A stretch of DNA of 64,000 bases, taken from assembly GCA_021828195.1 (NCBI GenBank), contig JAKASQ010000002.1:276245-340244 (forward strand). The letters are read 5' to 3'. Shown here in pieces: positions 8,692 to 18,464 of this stretch (position 1 is its first letter; each line of letters begins with the position of its first letter). The notes below the pieces were generated by a model. It worked only from the letters and a program-made list of their open reading frames with translations. It was not told the DNA's origin and ran no database searches. Made by a program: the position numbers and the translations under genes. This DNA comes from Thermoplasmata archaeon. GTDB lineage: Archaea > Thermoplasmatota > Thermoplasmata > Lutacidiplasmatales > UBA184.

Positions 8692-10014
8692 GTGCCCGCC
8701 CTGGGAGAGCCTCCGCCCTTTCCCTTGCCAGGGGACCCCACTCCCGGCTCACTTACCTACACCATCCCCGGACTTCGAGATGACCCGACATTGTGCCTGC
8801 GGTGCCGCTCGGCCCAGTTGCTCTGCGGGAAGCCGATCTGCCCCATCCTCGTGCGGTACGGAGGTCTCTCGCGGACCCTGCCGATGGTGCAAGGCTCCGA
8901 ACTCTCGGGTTCCTCGCCCCCGGGAGTCTTCGTGGGCCGGTTCGGTTACCCGAAGGTATCGGTGGGACCCCTCCTCAGTCCCATCCACGGGGACACGATG
9001 CTCTACGACACTCCGGAGGAGTGGGTCGGACGTTCGGTCCAGGAGGTCGTCGGCTTCCGGACGGGTCTCGTCCGGGGTACCCGATCGATGCGGGTCACCG
9101 AAGCGGACCGTCCCGCGGGCCTCCTGGAGGATCTCCAGCTCCTGTCGCTTTCGGCCGAATCGCCCGAGGCCGAGGCAACGTTCCGCCGCCCGCCCCGGGG
9201 GCACCTCGCGCTGTCGGACTCCTCACCTCCCTTCGGCCCCACCGCCGCGATCGAGGGCTTCCGACTCGACGTCCGCCGGGTCGACCAGCATCTGGACCGG
9301 CTCGCATCCGACACTGATGCCAACGCCCGGACCGCCGTCGACGAGCTGTACCACCGGGGCGTGCGGGTCAGCCGGATCCAGCGCGCGTTCAGCGTCGGCA
9401 CCCTGGGCCGCCGGGGCCGCCGCAAGCTCGTGCCGACGCGGTGGAGCATCACCGCGGTGGACGACCTGCTCTCGAAAGGCAATCTTGCCAAGCTCCGCCA
9501 TCTCCCCGAGCTCTCCGAGATCCTCCTCTACCGGTACACGGCCCTCGACAACCGTTGGTTCCTCGCCTTCCTTCCGGGAACCTATCGGTACGAATCCATC
9601 GAAACGTGGTACCCCAACACGCTGTGGAACCCCAACACCGAGCGGGTCGTCATGATCGGGGACCACGAGGGATTCCACGGCCGCACGACGTACGCATCGA
9701 TCGGGGGCTGCTACTACGCGGCCCGGCTCGCGACCTCGGAGGCGTTGCTTCGCCTGCAACGCCAGGCCGGAGTGCTCGTGTTCCGGGAGGTCCACCCCGG
9801 AGAGATTCTGCCGCTCGGCGTCTGGAACGTCCGCGAGCACGTCCGAGATGCGCTCGCCCACCCCCCCGAGCATCTCGCCTCCCTCGGCGAACTCACCGCC
9901 CGGATGGGCGAGACCTTCGCCATCCCGGTCGAGCGCTGGCTGCGGCAGAGCGCGGTGCTCCACGACGTGAGGACCCAGCGTCGGCTCGAGGAGTTCGACC
10001 GCGCGGCATCGTGA
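8692..10014 (+). CDS. nreA: DNA repair protein NreA (Nre family, C4 zinc finger)
   Basis: N-terminal zinc finger LCLRCRSAQLLCGKPICPIL and conserved Nre N/C domains; no ATG near the conserved N-terminus, probable TTG start at 8791 (in frame). Confidence 0.7.
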   Translation: MPALGEPPPFPLPGDPTPGSLTYTIPGLRDDPTLCLRCRSAQLLCGKPICPILVRYGGLSRTLPMVQGSELSGSSPPGVFVGRFGYPKVSVGPLLSPIHGDTMLYDTPEEWVGRSVQEVVGFRTGLVRGTRSMRVTEADRPAGLLEDLQLLSLSAESPEAEATFRRPPRGHLALSDSSPPFGPTAAIEGFRLDVRRVDQHLDRLASDTDANARTAVDELYHRGVRVSRIQRAFSVGTLGRRGRRKLVPTRWSITAVDDLLSKGNLAKLRHLPELSEILLYRYTALDNRWFLAFLPGTYRYESIETWYPNTLWNPNTERVVMIGDHEGFHGRTTYASIGGCYYAARLATSEALLRLQRQAGVLVFREVHPGEILPLGVWNVREHVRDALAHPPEHLASLGELTARMGETFAIPVERWLRQSAVLHDVRTQRRLEEFDRAAS

Positions 10015-10048
10015 GGCACTGCGCGCAGGGACCCTGCGGAAGGTCGCC

Positions 10049-11245
10049 CTAGAAGACGGTGATCTTCCCGGTCAGGAGCTTCTGGGGGATCGACGGGATC
10101 TCGTCGAACCAGTGCTGGGCGACCGCCTCGGCCTTGCCCTTGACCTGGGCGAGCTTGACCCCATCCGCCGGCAGTATCTGCAGGCTCGCGACCTGGGGCT
10201 CATCGACCGGCTTGCCGATCTGGGAGAGGATCCGCACGTGGACCTCCTTGACGTTGCCGCCGGTCTCCCGGATGATGTCGTTCGCGATCTGGTTGCCCAC
10301 GATGTTGTAGATCTTCCCGACGTGGTTGATCGGGTTCTTCCCGGCGGACGCCTCAAGGCTCATCGGCCGGCACGGCGTGATGAGGCCGTTCGCGCGGTTG
10401 CCGCGCCCGACGGATCCGTCGTCCCCGGCTTCCATCGATAGGCCCGTGCAGGTGAGGTAGAACCGGCCCAACTCGGGATCGTCGGCCGTGTTGACGTCGA
10501 TGATGACTTCGCGACGGGTCAGCTTCGTGGCCTGGTCCATGAGCTTGTCGCGGATCTGTGCGCAGACGTTCGCGTACTCGTCCGCATCATCGACCTCCGA
10601 GTCGACCAGCGCGGCCGCCACCGTGAGCCGGATCTTGTCGCCCGAGCGGAATCCCATCACCTTGACGTCCTCGCCGAGCGCTGGGAGCTTCCGCTTGAGC
10701 TTGAGCGTGAGGAACTTCTCGCTTTCCAGGACGAGCCTCTCGGTGTCGGAGAACGGAGCGAAGCCGACCCCGAAGCTGGTGTCGTTGGAGAGGACCGACT
10801 TCTGGTCGAAGACGCCCCTCAGATCGATCGACCCCTGGCCGATCTTGCAGTCAAACTCGACGTCCTTGTCGACATCGAGGTGCGCGGCGATTGAGCCGAC
10901 GTACTTCTTCCCGGCATCGATCGCGGTCTGGCGGAACGGGAGCTTCTCCCCGTTGACCTCGGTCGTGGCGCGTCCAACCAGGAGGATGTAGATCGGGCTC
11001 GTGACCCGCCCGCCGCCGAACTTCGGTTCCGACCCCCCGCCGACGATCTGGGTCTCGTCGGTGTTGTGGTGGAGGATGCGGTTGTACTCATCGAGGTACA
11101 TCCGGCAGAGCGCTTGACTGACGGACTCGGAGATCCCATCGGCCATCGAGTCCGGGTGGCCGAGACCCTTGCGCTCGACCAGCTCGACCGTCTGGTCCTC
11201 GATGTGCATCGTCCGCAGCGGTTCCACCTGGATGTTCCGGGCCAT
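10049..11245 (-). CDS. mat: Archaeal-type S-adenosylmethionine synthetase
   Basis: Full-length match to archaeal MAT (MARNIQVEPL ... GLGHPDSMADGISESV ... typical 398 aa). Confidence 0.95.
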   Translation of the reverse strand: MARNIQVEPLRTMHIEDQTVELVERKGLGHPDSMADGISESVSQALCRMYLDEYNRILHHNTDETQIVGGGSEPKFGGGRVTSPIYILLVGRATTEVNGEKLPFRQTAIDAGKKYVGSIAAHLDVDKDVEFDCKIGQGSIDLRGVFDQKSVLSNDTSFGVGFAPFSDTERLVLESEKFLTLKLKRKLPALGEDVKVMGFRSGDKIRLTVAAALVDSEVDDADEYANVCAQIRDKLMDQATKLTRREVIIDVNTADDPELGRFYLTCTGLSMEAGDDGSVGRGNRANGLITPCRPMSLEASAGKNPINHVGKIYNIVGNQIANDIIRETGGNVKEVHVRILSQIGKPVDEPQVASLQILPADGVKLAQVKGKAEAVAQHWFDEIPSIPQKLLTGKITVF

Positions 11246-11310
11246 GGGGGTTCACTCGGGGTCGGCGGAGTCGGGGGTCGGTTTAAGGGTTGCGACGCGG
11301 AGGGTTGACG

Positions 11311-12873
11311 CTAGGCGTTGCGTCCGGCGAAAAGCGCCTTCCTCAGGTGGGAACCGGCACGAACGTACCCCTGGGCGCGGTAGTACGGGCGGGTCCCGAC
11401 GGCGCTGGTGACGTAGATGCCGCCGAACCCGGCTTCCTCGGCCCTTGCTTCCGCGCGCTCGAGCAGCGCGCGGCCGAGCCCCCGATGCTGGTAGTCGGAC
11501 CGGCCGGCACCGGGCGCCCCGACCGCCACCTCCGTTCCCAGGACCTTCAACTCCCGGATCACCGGTTCGGCGAGCGTCCCTTCGAACGTCTCGGAGGGGA
11601 TGCGGAGCCTCAGGAACCCGGCGACGGCGTCGGAGCGTGGGTCCTCCCACGATAGGAACAGTTCCTTGCCGCCGGTCGTGGCGTACTCCGTCTCGGTCAG
11701 GGCGAGGTCGTGGATCGGCGGGGTCGCCCGCCGCCCCACCTCGCGGCAACGGAGGCAGCGGCAAGGGGTCCCGCTCTCCGCGAGCCGAGCGAGCGCGCGC
11801 TCTCTCAAGTTGCTGAGCCGGACGCCGTCCGCGATCAGCCGTGCCGGGATGTCACGCTGGATGCGCTGGATCCGGACCCACGGAGGCAGGGAGCCCTTGA
11901 TGCGCGCCAGCACCTCGATCGCGGTGGGGGTGTCGTAGGGGACGAACCGACCGGCCCTCCAGTCGTCGTACAGCGGGGTCCCGGGAATCACGAGGGTAGG
12001 GTAGATCTTCAGCATGTCCGGCCGCAACGCGGGATCATCAAGCACGCGGAGGGCGTCGCGGTAATCCTCCTCGGGGGTCATTCCCGGAAGCCCGAGCATC
12101 AGATGGTAGCAGATCTTCAGGCCTTGGCCGCGAGCGGCGGTGGTGGCCCGGCGGACGTCCTCCGTTCCATGGGCCCTTCCGACCGCGCGCAGAACCTCCT
12201 CGTGCAGGCATTCGACGCCGATCTCGATGCGCGTGACCCCCGCCCCGAGGAGGAAGGGAAGGACGCGCGCGTCGCACCAGTCCGGTCGAGTTTCGACCGT
12301 GAGCCCGACCATTCGGCGTGCTGCCGATTCGTTCGCGATTTGCGCCTCCACGAGCGAAGTTGCCGACGCACCGTTGAGCCCCTCGTACACCCCGCGGAGC
12401 ACGCCCTCCTGGTACGAGACCGGCCGCGACGGGAACGTCCCCCCCATCACGATCACCTCCACCTTGGAGGTCGGGTGCCCCGTCGCTTCGAGGGAGGCCA
12501 GGCGCTCGGTAGCGATCCGGCGGGAGTCCCAGTGGAACTGGGCTCCCCGCAGAGCGGAGGGCTCCTCCCCCGTGTAACTCTGAGGGCTGTGGTTCTCGAC
12601 CCCGCCGGGGCAGTACGTGCACCGGCCGTGGGGACAGCGCGCCGGCGCGGTCATCACGGCAACCACCGCGACTCCGGAGAGGGTTCGAGAAGGCCTTCGC
12701 CGGATCGCTCCGGCAAAGCGCGCCCGCTCCTCGGGAGGTAGGCTGGCGAGCCAGTCGACGTTCGAAGGAAGGGTGCGGGCTCCGCTGGCCCGCACCTGGT
12801 CGAGCTTGATCCGGTGGATCTCCTCCGGCCCCATGGGGCCGGGAGCCGCCGTCCGTCTCAGCGCTGGAGCCAC
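11311..12873 (-). CDS. elp3: Elp3-like tRNA uridine(34) carboxymethyltransferase/acetyltransferase (radical SAM + GNAT)
   Basis: Radical-SAM cysteine cluster (CPHGRCTYCPGG) plus C-terminal GNAT (HRGLGRALLERAE); length 520 aa. Confidence 0.9.
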   Translation of the reverse strand: MAPALRRTAAPGPMGPEEIHRIKLDQVRASGARTLPSNVDWLASLPPEERARFAGAIRRRPSRTLSGVAVVAVMTAPARCPHGRCTYCPGGVENHSPQSYTGEEPSALRGAQFHWDSRRIATERLASLEATGHPTSKVEVIVMGGTFPSRPVSYQEGVLRGVYEGLNGASATSLVEAQIANESAARRMVGLTVETRPDWCDARVLPFLLGAGVTRIEIGVECLHEEVLRAVGRAHGTEDVRRATTAARGQGLKICYHLMLGLPGMTPEEDYRDALRVLDDPALRPDMLKIYPTLVIPGTPLYDDWRAGRFVPYDTPTAIEVLARIKGSLPPWVRIQRIQRDIPARLIADGVRLSNLRERALARLAESGTPCRCLRCREVGRRATPPIHDLALTETEYATTGGKELFLSWEDPRSDAVAGFLRLRIPSETFEGTLAEPVIRELKVLGTEVAVGAPGAGRSDYQHRGLGRALLERAEARAEEAGFGGIYVTSAVGTRPYYRAQGYVRAGSHLRKALFAGRNA

Positions 12874-13973
12874 GCCCGGGTCTCTCCCGTCACGACGTAC
12901 GGGGCCCTCTGCAGGTCCGCGACCGTGCGCGATCCCGTCAGGAACATCGCGACCCGGACCTCGTGGATGATCTGTTCGAGCTCGCGCCGCGTCTCCTCGT
13001 AGCTCGAGGCAGCGACCCGCAGCACGCCGCCGGCGATCCCGGCGGCCGTCGCTCCCAACGCGACGGCCCGCGCGACGTCGAGGCCCGAGCGGACTCCGCC
13101 GCTCGCGACCACGGGCAGGCCGACCGGGAGGACCTCTCGAACGGCCGCGGGCGATGGGATCCCCCAGTCCCAGAAGGTCCGTCCCAGCCGAGCCTCGCGC
13201 TCGGCGCCCTGGTCAACGGCCCTCCAGTGCTCGACCGCGGCGAACGAAGTCCCACCGGTCCCACTCACATCCAGCGCCCGCACCCCGTGATCGCGCAGCC
13301 GCTCGGCGACCGAGCGCGAGAGTCCGGCCCCCGTCTCCTTCACGAGCACCGGGAAGGTGGCCGCGAGCTCTCCGATGCGCGCGAGAGCGCCTCGGGCCCG
13401 CCGGTCGCCTTCGGGCTGGACCATCTCCTGGAGGAAGTTCAGATGGATCGCGAGGGCGTCGGCCCCGATCAGCCCCATCGCCGCCCGGGCATCGTCGGCC
13501 GTGATGATCCGATCGCCGGGGGACTGCGCGATGATCTGCGGGGCGCCGATGTTCGCGAACTTGAGTGGAACCGGGTGCCGGGCGACGACCGAGTAGCTGT
13601 CAGGGTACTGGCCCTTGAGGATCGCGGCGCGCTCGCTCCCGACGCCCATCGCGATCCCGACGTCCGCGGCGGCGTGCGCGAGATTCTCGTTGATCTTCGC
13701 CGCGTCCGGGAATCCCCCGGTCATCCCCGTGATCATGAGCGGGGCCCGGAGCTTCTTACCGAGCAGGGTCGTCGACGCATCGACCTCCTCGAAGTCGATC
13801 TCGGGGAGCGCGTTGTGGACGAGCTGGATGTCGTTCCAGTAGCGGTAGCGCCCTTCGACCTCCCGGCCGAGGACGACCTTGACGTGCTCGGCCTTGCGGT
13901 GGCTCAAGTCCAGCCCATCCACGCCGGGGTCCTTAGCGTCCCGCGGCTCGCGCCCAGCTCCCGTAGCCGACAT
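12858..13973 (-). CDS. fni: Isopentenyl-diphosphate delta-isomerase type 2 (FMN-dependent)
   Basis: IDI-2 motifs (KAEHVKV, MITGMTGG, VVASGGVRSGLDVARAVALGA); start taken at MSATGAG (13973); the upstream part of the 527-aa ORF overlaps the IPK gene. Confidence 0.85.
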   Translation of the reverse strand: MSATGAGREPRDAKDPGVDGLDLSHRKAEHVKVVLGREVEGRYRYWNDIQLVHNALPEIDFEEVDASTTLLGKKLRAPLMITGMTGGFPDAAKINENLAHAAADVGIAMGVGSERAAILKGQYPDSYSVVARHPVPLKFANIGAPQIIAQSPGDRIITADDARAAMGLIGADALAIHLNFLQEMVQPEGDRRARGALARIGELAATFPVLVKETGAGLSRSVAERLRDHGVRALDVSGTGGTSFAAVEHWRAVDQGAEREARLGRTFWDWGIPSPAAVREVLPVGLPVVASGGVRSGLDVARAVALGATAAGIAGGVLRVAASSYEETRRELEQIIHEVRVAMFLTGSRTVADLQRAPYVVTGETRAWLQR

Positions 13974-14760
13974 TCGTGTGGATCGCTCCCGAAAGCGCCC
14001 CATCTCGGAGTCCGCTAATAATCCCTGCGTCGGATCCGGCCTCGGCGATTTGGAGCGCAACGCTCGACTTGGCCCGGATCCCCCCGGTGACGTCCGGAGC
14101 TCCCGAGGGAGGAGCGAGGGTCGCGATCGACTCCGAGGTGATGGCCGGGAGGACCGTCCGTCGTCCCCCATGCATCGGGCTGAGGATCCCCTCGACGTCG
14201 CTGACGAAGACCACCCGTTCCGGGTGGATCGCTCGCGCGAGCTCGAGGGCGATCGTGTCGGCCGACAAGATGGAGAACCCCCACGCCGAATCGGGTACGA
14301 CGTCGCCGAACGAGACGGGCATGTGGCCCCGGGCGAGGGTGGCCGCGAACGGAGCGAGGTCCACCTGCTCCACACGACCCTCGTGCTGCAGCACGTGGTG
14401 GGCGATCGGGGTCGACCACGGGGACGCACCCGCCTCCACAAGCGCTCGCAGGACGGCGAGGTGGAGGCGTCGTACCTCGGCGCTCACGATGGCGGCTCCG
14501 CGCGCCCGCTCCCGGGGCGCGACACCGGGGGCCGGCGACCGGTTCAACCCGAACCGCGCTGCGGTCCGGTGGCCGAACCCTCCGGCTCCGTGCAAGACGA
14601 TCAGGCGCCGGTCGGGGATCGACGCGAGCTCGACGGCGAGCCGGGCCAGCACTTTCGCCCGCAGCTTCTCGATCTCGCGCTTGCGCGTGATGACGCTCCC
14701 GCCCAGCTTCACGACGACGATCGGCGGCGGCGCTGGGGTCTCGGGAGGCGGGACGGCCAT
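13933..14760 (-). CDS. ipk: Isopentenyl phosphate kinase (amino-acid kinase family)
   Basis: VVKLGGSVIT N-terminus, HGAGGFGH, C-terminal TGGI motif; archaeal mevalonate-pathway context with fni directly downstream. Confidence 0.8.
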   Translation of the reverse strand: MAVPPPETPAPPPIVVVKLGGSVITRKREIEKLRAKVLARLAVELASIPDRRLIVLHGAGGFGHRTAARFGLNRSPAPGVAPRERARGAAIVSAEVRRLHLAVLRALVEAGASPWSTPIAHHVLQHEGRVEQVDLAPFAATLARGHMPVSFGDVVPDSAWGFSILSADTIALELARAIHPERVVFVSDVEGILSPMHGGRRTVLPAITSESIATLAPPSGAPDVTGGIRAKSSVALQIAEAGSDAGIISGLRDGALSGAIHTNVGYGSWARAAGR

Positions 14761-14774
14761 CGCTCGACCCCCCC

Positions 14775-15008
14775 TCAGGCGCGGTCGAGCCCCGTCCGAC
14801 GATTGAACAGCAGGAACGCTCCCGCGAGCACGAAGGCTACTCCGGAGAACGCCGGCCAGTCAAAGAAGATGAGCCAGTAGATGAGCAGAAAGATCCCGAG
14901 GCCGCACAGCACTGCCGCTAGTACCACCCACGGGACGGAGACGTGCGAAATCTCCGCGGTGGAGAGCTCGCTCCCCTCTCCTAGATGTTCGTGCCCGTTG
15001 CCCGACAT
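14775..15008 (-). CDS. Small membrane protein (2 predicted TM helices), hypothetical
   Basis: MSGNGHEHL... followed by two hydrophobic segments; immediately upstream of ipk on the same strand. Confidence 0.35.
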   Translation of the reverse strand: MSGNGHEHLGEGSELSTAEISHVSVPWVVLAAVLCGLGIFLLIYWLIFFDWPAFSGVAFVLAGAFLLFNRRTGLDRA

Positions 15009-15257
15009 CGAGACCGTCACGATGTCCCCCCCTAAATCGGTTCGGTGCGAAGCGCGAGGACCCGGCCGTGGAAGAACCATCTCGACCCGGTCCTCGCCCT
15101 GCGCGTTCGAGGCGGCCGGACCGAGGAGGGCGGGCCGTGCGAGGGGCCCGGGCCGCGGGATCGGCCAAAACGACGAGAAGCTCCCCGGCGGAGGGAAAAG
15201 GTAGATATGGCTCGCTCCCCTCCGACGCCCTGCCCGAGGCCCGGGTAGGCGTGAACG

Positions 15258-16700
15258 GTGCCATCACTCACACCCGACAGTCGGCCGGCGGAAACGCCGA
15301 GCCGACCCTCCAGTAGCCATATCGCCAACGAGGCGGTCTCGCAGGTCCGGGACCCGCCTCGAGGTGGGCCCGCTGCGCCGGCCCCCACGGCCGAGAGGGA
15401 GGTCCCCGCGCCGACCCCACCATTGCCGAGCGATGCGGCGGCCGTCTTCGATTCGCTGCTCGAGGTCAAAGGCGAGCTCTTCAAGGGCCGGCGCGAGGTC
15501 CTGCGGGACTCCTACATCCCGAGCCGGCTACCGCACCGCGAGCACCAGATCCACCAGGTCGCCGAGGTGCTCGCCCCGGCGTTGCGCGGAGACCTCCCGT
15601 CCAACCTGTTGATCTACGGCAAGATCGGTACGGGCAAGACGGCCGTCGTGGCCCAGGTCCGTCGGGATATCGAGCGGCGCGACGAGAACTCCGATCACAT
15701 CAAGTTCATCTACATCAACTGCGGGAACATCGACACTCCTTACAGCCTGCTGCAGATGGCCGGCAACACCTTCGCTGCCAAGGAGTCCGATCGGATCCCG
15801 ACCGGCTGGTCCCTCGACCGGGTGCAGATGGGGATGCGCCGCCTCATGGATACCAAGGCGCGCACGGTGATTCTCGTTCTGGACGAGATCGACCGACTCG
15901 TCGTCCGGAGCGGGGACGGCGTCCTCTACACGTTGAGCCAGATCAACACGGAGCTCGCGAACGCGCGTCTCGTGATCGTGGGGATCTCCAACGATCTCAA
16001 GTTCACCAACAACCTCGACGCCCGCGTCCGTAGCCGCCTCAACGAGGAGAAGATCCTCTTCCCACCGTACGACGCCCTCCAGCTCCAGGACATCCTGCGC
16101 GAACGTGCCAAGGAGGCGTTCCGTGACGGGGTCGTCGATCCGGGGGTCATCGAGCGGTGCGCGGCGTACGCGGCCCTCGAGCACGGGGACGCTCGCCGGG
16201 CGCTCGCGCTCCTGCGCCTCGGCGCCGAGATGGCCGAGCGCGATCGCGCGAAGCGGATCACACCGGACCATATCGTCAAAGCGAAGAACCGACTCGAGCA
16301 GGACGTCATCATCGATTGCTGCCGAACGCTCCCGACGCACTGCAAGATCCTCCTCTATGCGATCCTGCAGGCCTACGAGCGGCGGAGGACGGGGGTCCTC
16401 ACCGGGGACGTCTACGAGGGGTATGCCAAGCTCGCTCAGAAGCTCGGCCTGCAGCCGTTGCACGCCCGTAGCGTATCGAACCATCTCTCGGACCTCGAAG
16501 CGCTGGGGCTGATCCGCGCCACGATTGTCTCGCGGGGCCGCGGCGGACGAACCCGGGAGATCATCGTCGATGTGCCGATCGCCGAGACCCTCCCCGCCCT
16601 CGAAGAGGACCCGCTGCTCGCCCCGCTCGGCCGACCCCGCAACCGCGGGCAGCTGCTGCTGACGAACTTCGACAACCCGGCGCGGACGACCCCTTACTGA
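15258..16700 (+). CDS. cdc6: Orc1/Cdc6 replication initiator (AAA+ plus winged helix)
   Basis: Walker A GKIGTGKT, Walker B VLDEID, sensor and C-terminal wH domain; N-terminal ~55 aa is P/S/A-rich with no conserved features; an in-frame TTG at 15423 gives a typical Orc1 N-terminus (MPSDAAAVFDSLLEV). Confidence 0.9.
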   Translation: MPSLTPDSRPAETPSRPSSSHIANEAVSQVRDPPRGGPAAPAPTAEREVPAPTPPLPSDAAAVFDSLLEVKGELFKGRREVLRDSYIPSRLPHREHQIHQVAEVLAPALRGDLPSNLLIYGKIGTGKTAVVAQVRRDIERRDENSDHIKFIYINCGNIDTPYSLLQMAGNTFAAKESDRIPTGWSLDRVQMGMRRLMDTKARTVILVLDEIDRLVVRSGDGVLYTLSQINTELANARLVIVGISNDLKFTNNLDARVRSRLNEEKILFPPYDALQLQDILRERAKEAFRDGVVDPGVIERCAAYAALEHGDARRALALLRLGAEMAERDRAKRITPDHIVKAKNRLEQDVIIDCCRTLPTHCKILLYAILQAYERRRTGVLTGDVYEGYAKLAQKLGLQPLHARSVSNHLSDLEALGLIRATIVSRGRGGRTREIIVDVPIAETLPALEEDPLLAPLGRPRNRGQLLLTNFDNPARTTPY

Positions 16701-16906
16701 GTCGACTCGATCGCCGTCCGTTCGGCCTCGCTTGCGAGTTCGCCCGCGTTCGCGCGACGCCGCGCGCGCTCCCGCCGCATCTCGGAGAGGTCCCGGTCGA
16801 GATCTCGCATCTCGCGCGCGTAGCGGCGCAGGCGCACGCGCGAGATCGCCTCGAGCGTGGCGATCTCCCGGTCGAGGGTGTCGTCCGAGGCCCGGTAGCG
16901 GCTCAT
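16694..16906 (-). CDS. Small coiled-coil protein, hypothetical
   Basis: 70-aa charged/coiled-coil ORF between orc1 and the aldehyde dehydrogenase; may be spurious. Confidence 0.25.
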   Translation of the reverse strand: MSRYRASDDTLDREIATLEAISRVRLRRYAREMRDLDRDLSEMRRERARRRANAGELASEAERTAIESTQ

Positions 16907-18399
16907 GGGGACGGGCCGACGTCGATCTGGGCCTTCTGGAGCTTGGAGGAGAAGTCGACGAAGACCGTCTTGATTTCGGTGAACTCCTCGATCGCGGCGC
17001 TGCCGGCTTCGCGTCCGCCGTTGCCCGTGTTCTTCACTCCTCCGAACGGGAGCTGGACCTCGGCGCCGATCGTCGGGGCATTGATGTAGGTAATCCCGGC
17101 CTCGAGCTCCTGCATCGCTCGGAAGGCGCGGTTCACGTCCCGCGTGTAGATCGACGAGGACAGCCCGTAGCTGACATCGTTCGCCACGCGCACCGCCTCC
17201 TCATAGTCGCGCACCCGCAGGACCGACAGGACGGGCCCGAAGATCTCCTCCCGGGAGATCCGGGTCCCATGGGCCGTCTCGAAGATCGTGGGCTCGATGA
17301 AGAACCCGCGATCGTACTCGCCGCCGTGGAGCTTCCGACCCCCGATCCGAAGCTTCGCCTCCTTCTTGCCGATCTCGATGAACTCGAGGATCTTGCGTTC
17401 CTGGTCCTCGGAGGCGACCGGGCCCATCTCGACCTTCGCATCGAGCGGATTGCCGACGGGGAAGTGCGTCAGTCGTTCGAGCAGCATGCCGAGGAACGCG
17501 TCGTAGATCTTCTCGTGCAGGATGAGCCGGCTCGTGGCGGTGCAGCGCTGGCCGGAGGTGCCGAACGCGCCGAAGAGGACGCCGTCGAGCGCGAGGGAGA
17601 GGTCCGCGTCCTCCATCAGGATGACGGGGTTCTTTCCCCCGAGCTCGAGGTGGACCATCTTCAGGCCCTGCGCGCCCTTGACATAGACATCGCGACCGGC
17701 GTCGACCCCACCCGTGAAGGAGATCGTGCGGATCCGAGGCTCGGCCACGAGGGCGCTACCGACGACCCCGCCGGATCCGGTGACGAGATTGAGGACTCCC
17801 GGGGGGAGCCCCGCCTCCTCGTAGGCCTTCACGACCTCCGCCGCGCAACCGGCGGTGTTCGAGGCCGGCTTGAAGACGATCGTGTTGCCCGAGATCAGAG
17901 CCGCCGCGATCTTCCAGTTCGGGATCGCAGTCGGAAAGTTCCACGGCGTGATGCATGCGACGATCCCCTTCGGCTGGCGGATCGTCATGCAGAACTTCGA
18001 GCGCAGCTCGGACGGAACGGTCTCGCCGGCCAGCCGACGGCCCTCGCCCGCCATGTACTCCACGAAATCGATCGACTCTTGCACGTCGCCTCGGCCCTCG
18101 GCGATGACCTTCCCCATCTCCCGGGTCACGATCCGACCGAGCTCCTCCTTGCGTCGCTTGAGGACCTCGGCGACCCGGAGCAGGAGGTTCCCCCGGTGCG
18201 GAGCCGGAGTGTCGCGCCACTTCGGGAACGCCGCGTGCGCGGCGTCGATCGCCGCCGCGACGTCCTGCGTGGTTCCCGAGATGAACGAGCCGACCGGCTC
18301 TCGGGTGGCTGGGTTGATCGTCTGGAATCGGGTCCGTCCCGCCGGCGAAACCCACTTCCCGCCGATGAAGAGTCCGTATTCCGGAGCCCGCGCCGCCAT
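16903..18399 (-). CDS. NAD(P)-dependent aldehyde dehydrogenase
   Basis: ALDH motifs ELGGKNP and GQRCTA, length 498 aa. Confidence 0.9.
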   Translation of the reverse strand: MAARAPEYGLFIGGKWVSPAGRTRFQTINPATREPVGSFISGTTQDVAAAIDAAHAAFPKWRDTPAPHRGNLLLRVAEVLKRRKEELGRIVTREMGKVIAEGRGDVQESIDFVEYMAGEGRRLAGETVPSELRSKFCMTIRQPKGIVACITPWNFPTAIPNWKIAAALISGNTIVFKPASNTAGCAAEVVKAYEEAGLPPGVLNLVTGSGGVVGSALVAEPRIRTISFTGGVDAGRDVYVKGAQGLKMVHLELGGKNPVILMEDADLSLALDGVLFGAFGTSGQRCTATSRLILHEKIYDAFLGMLLERLTHFPVGNPLDAKVEMGPVASEDQERKILEFIEIGKKEAKLRIGGRKLHGGEYDRGFFIEPTIFETAHGTRISREEIFGPVLSVLRVRDYEEAVRVANDVSYGLSSSIYTRDVNRAFRAMQELEAGITYINAPTIGAEVQLPFGGVKNTGNGGREAGSAAIEEFTEIKTVFVDFSSKLQKAQIDVGPSP

Positions 18400-18464
18400 G
18401 TTTTCGTCCCTCGATCTGCCGACACGACCCGGGTCTTTAAGGGTACCCGGAGGACGCCGGAACG

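Noticed and set aside
10015-10048. Inverted repeat CGCAGGG-A-CCCTGCG between convergent nreA and mat
   Set aside because: No oligo-T tract, which archaeal terminators usually need. Could be coincidental in GC-rich DNA.
13974-14441. N-terminal extension of the fni ORF
   Set aside because: Overlaps ipk in another frame with low-complexity R/S/P composition. The IDI-2 N-terminus aligns from MSATGAG.
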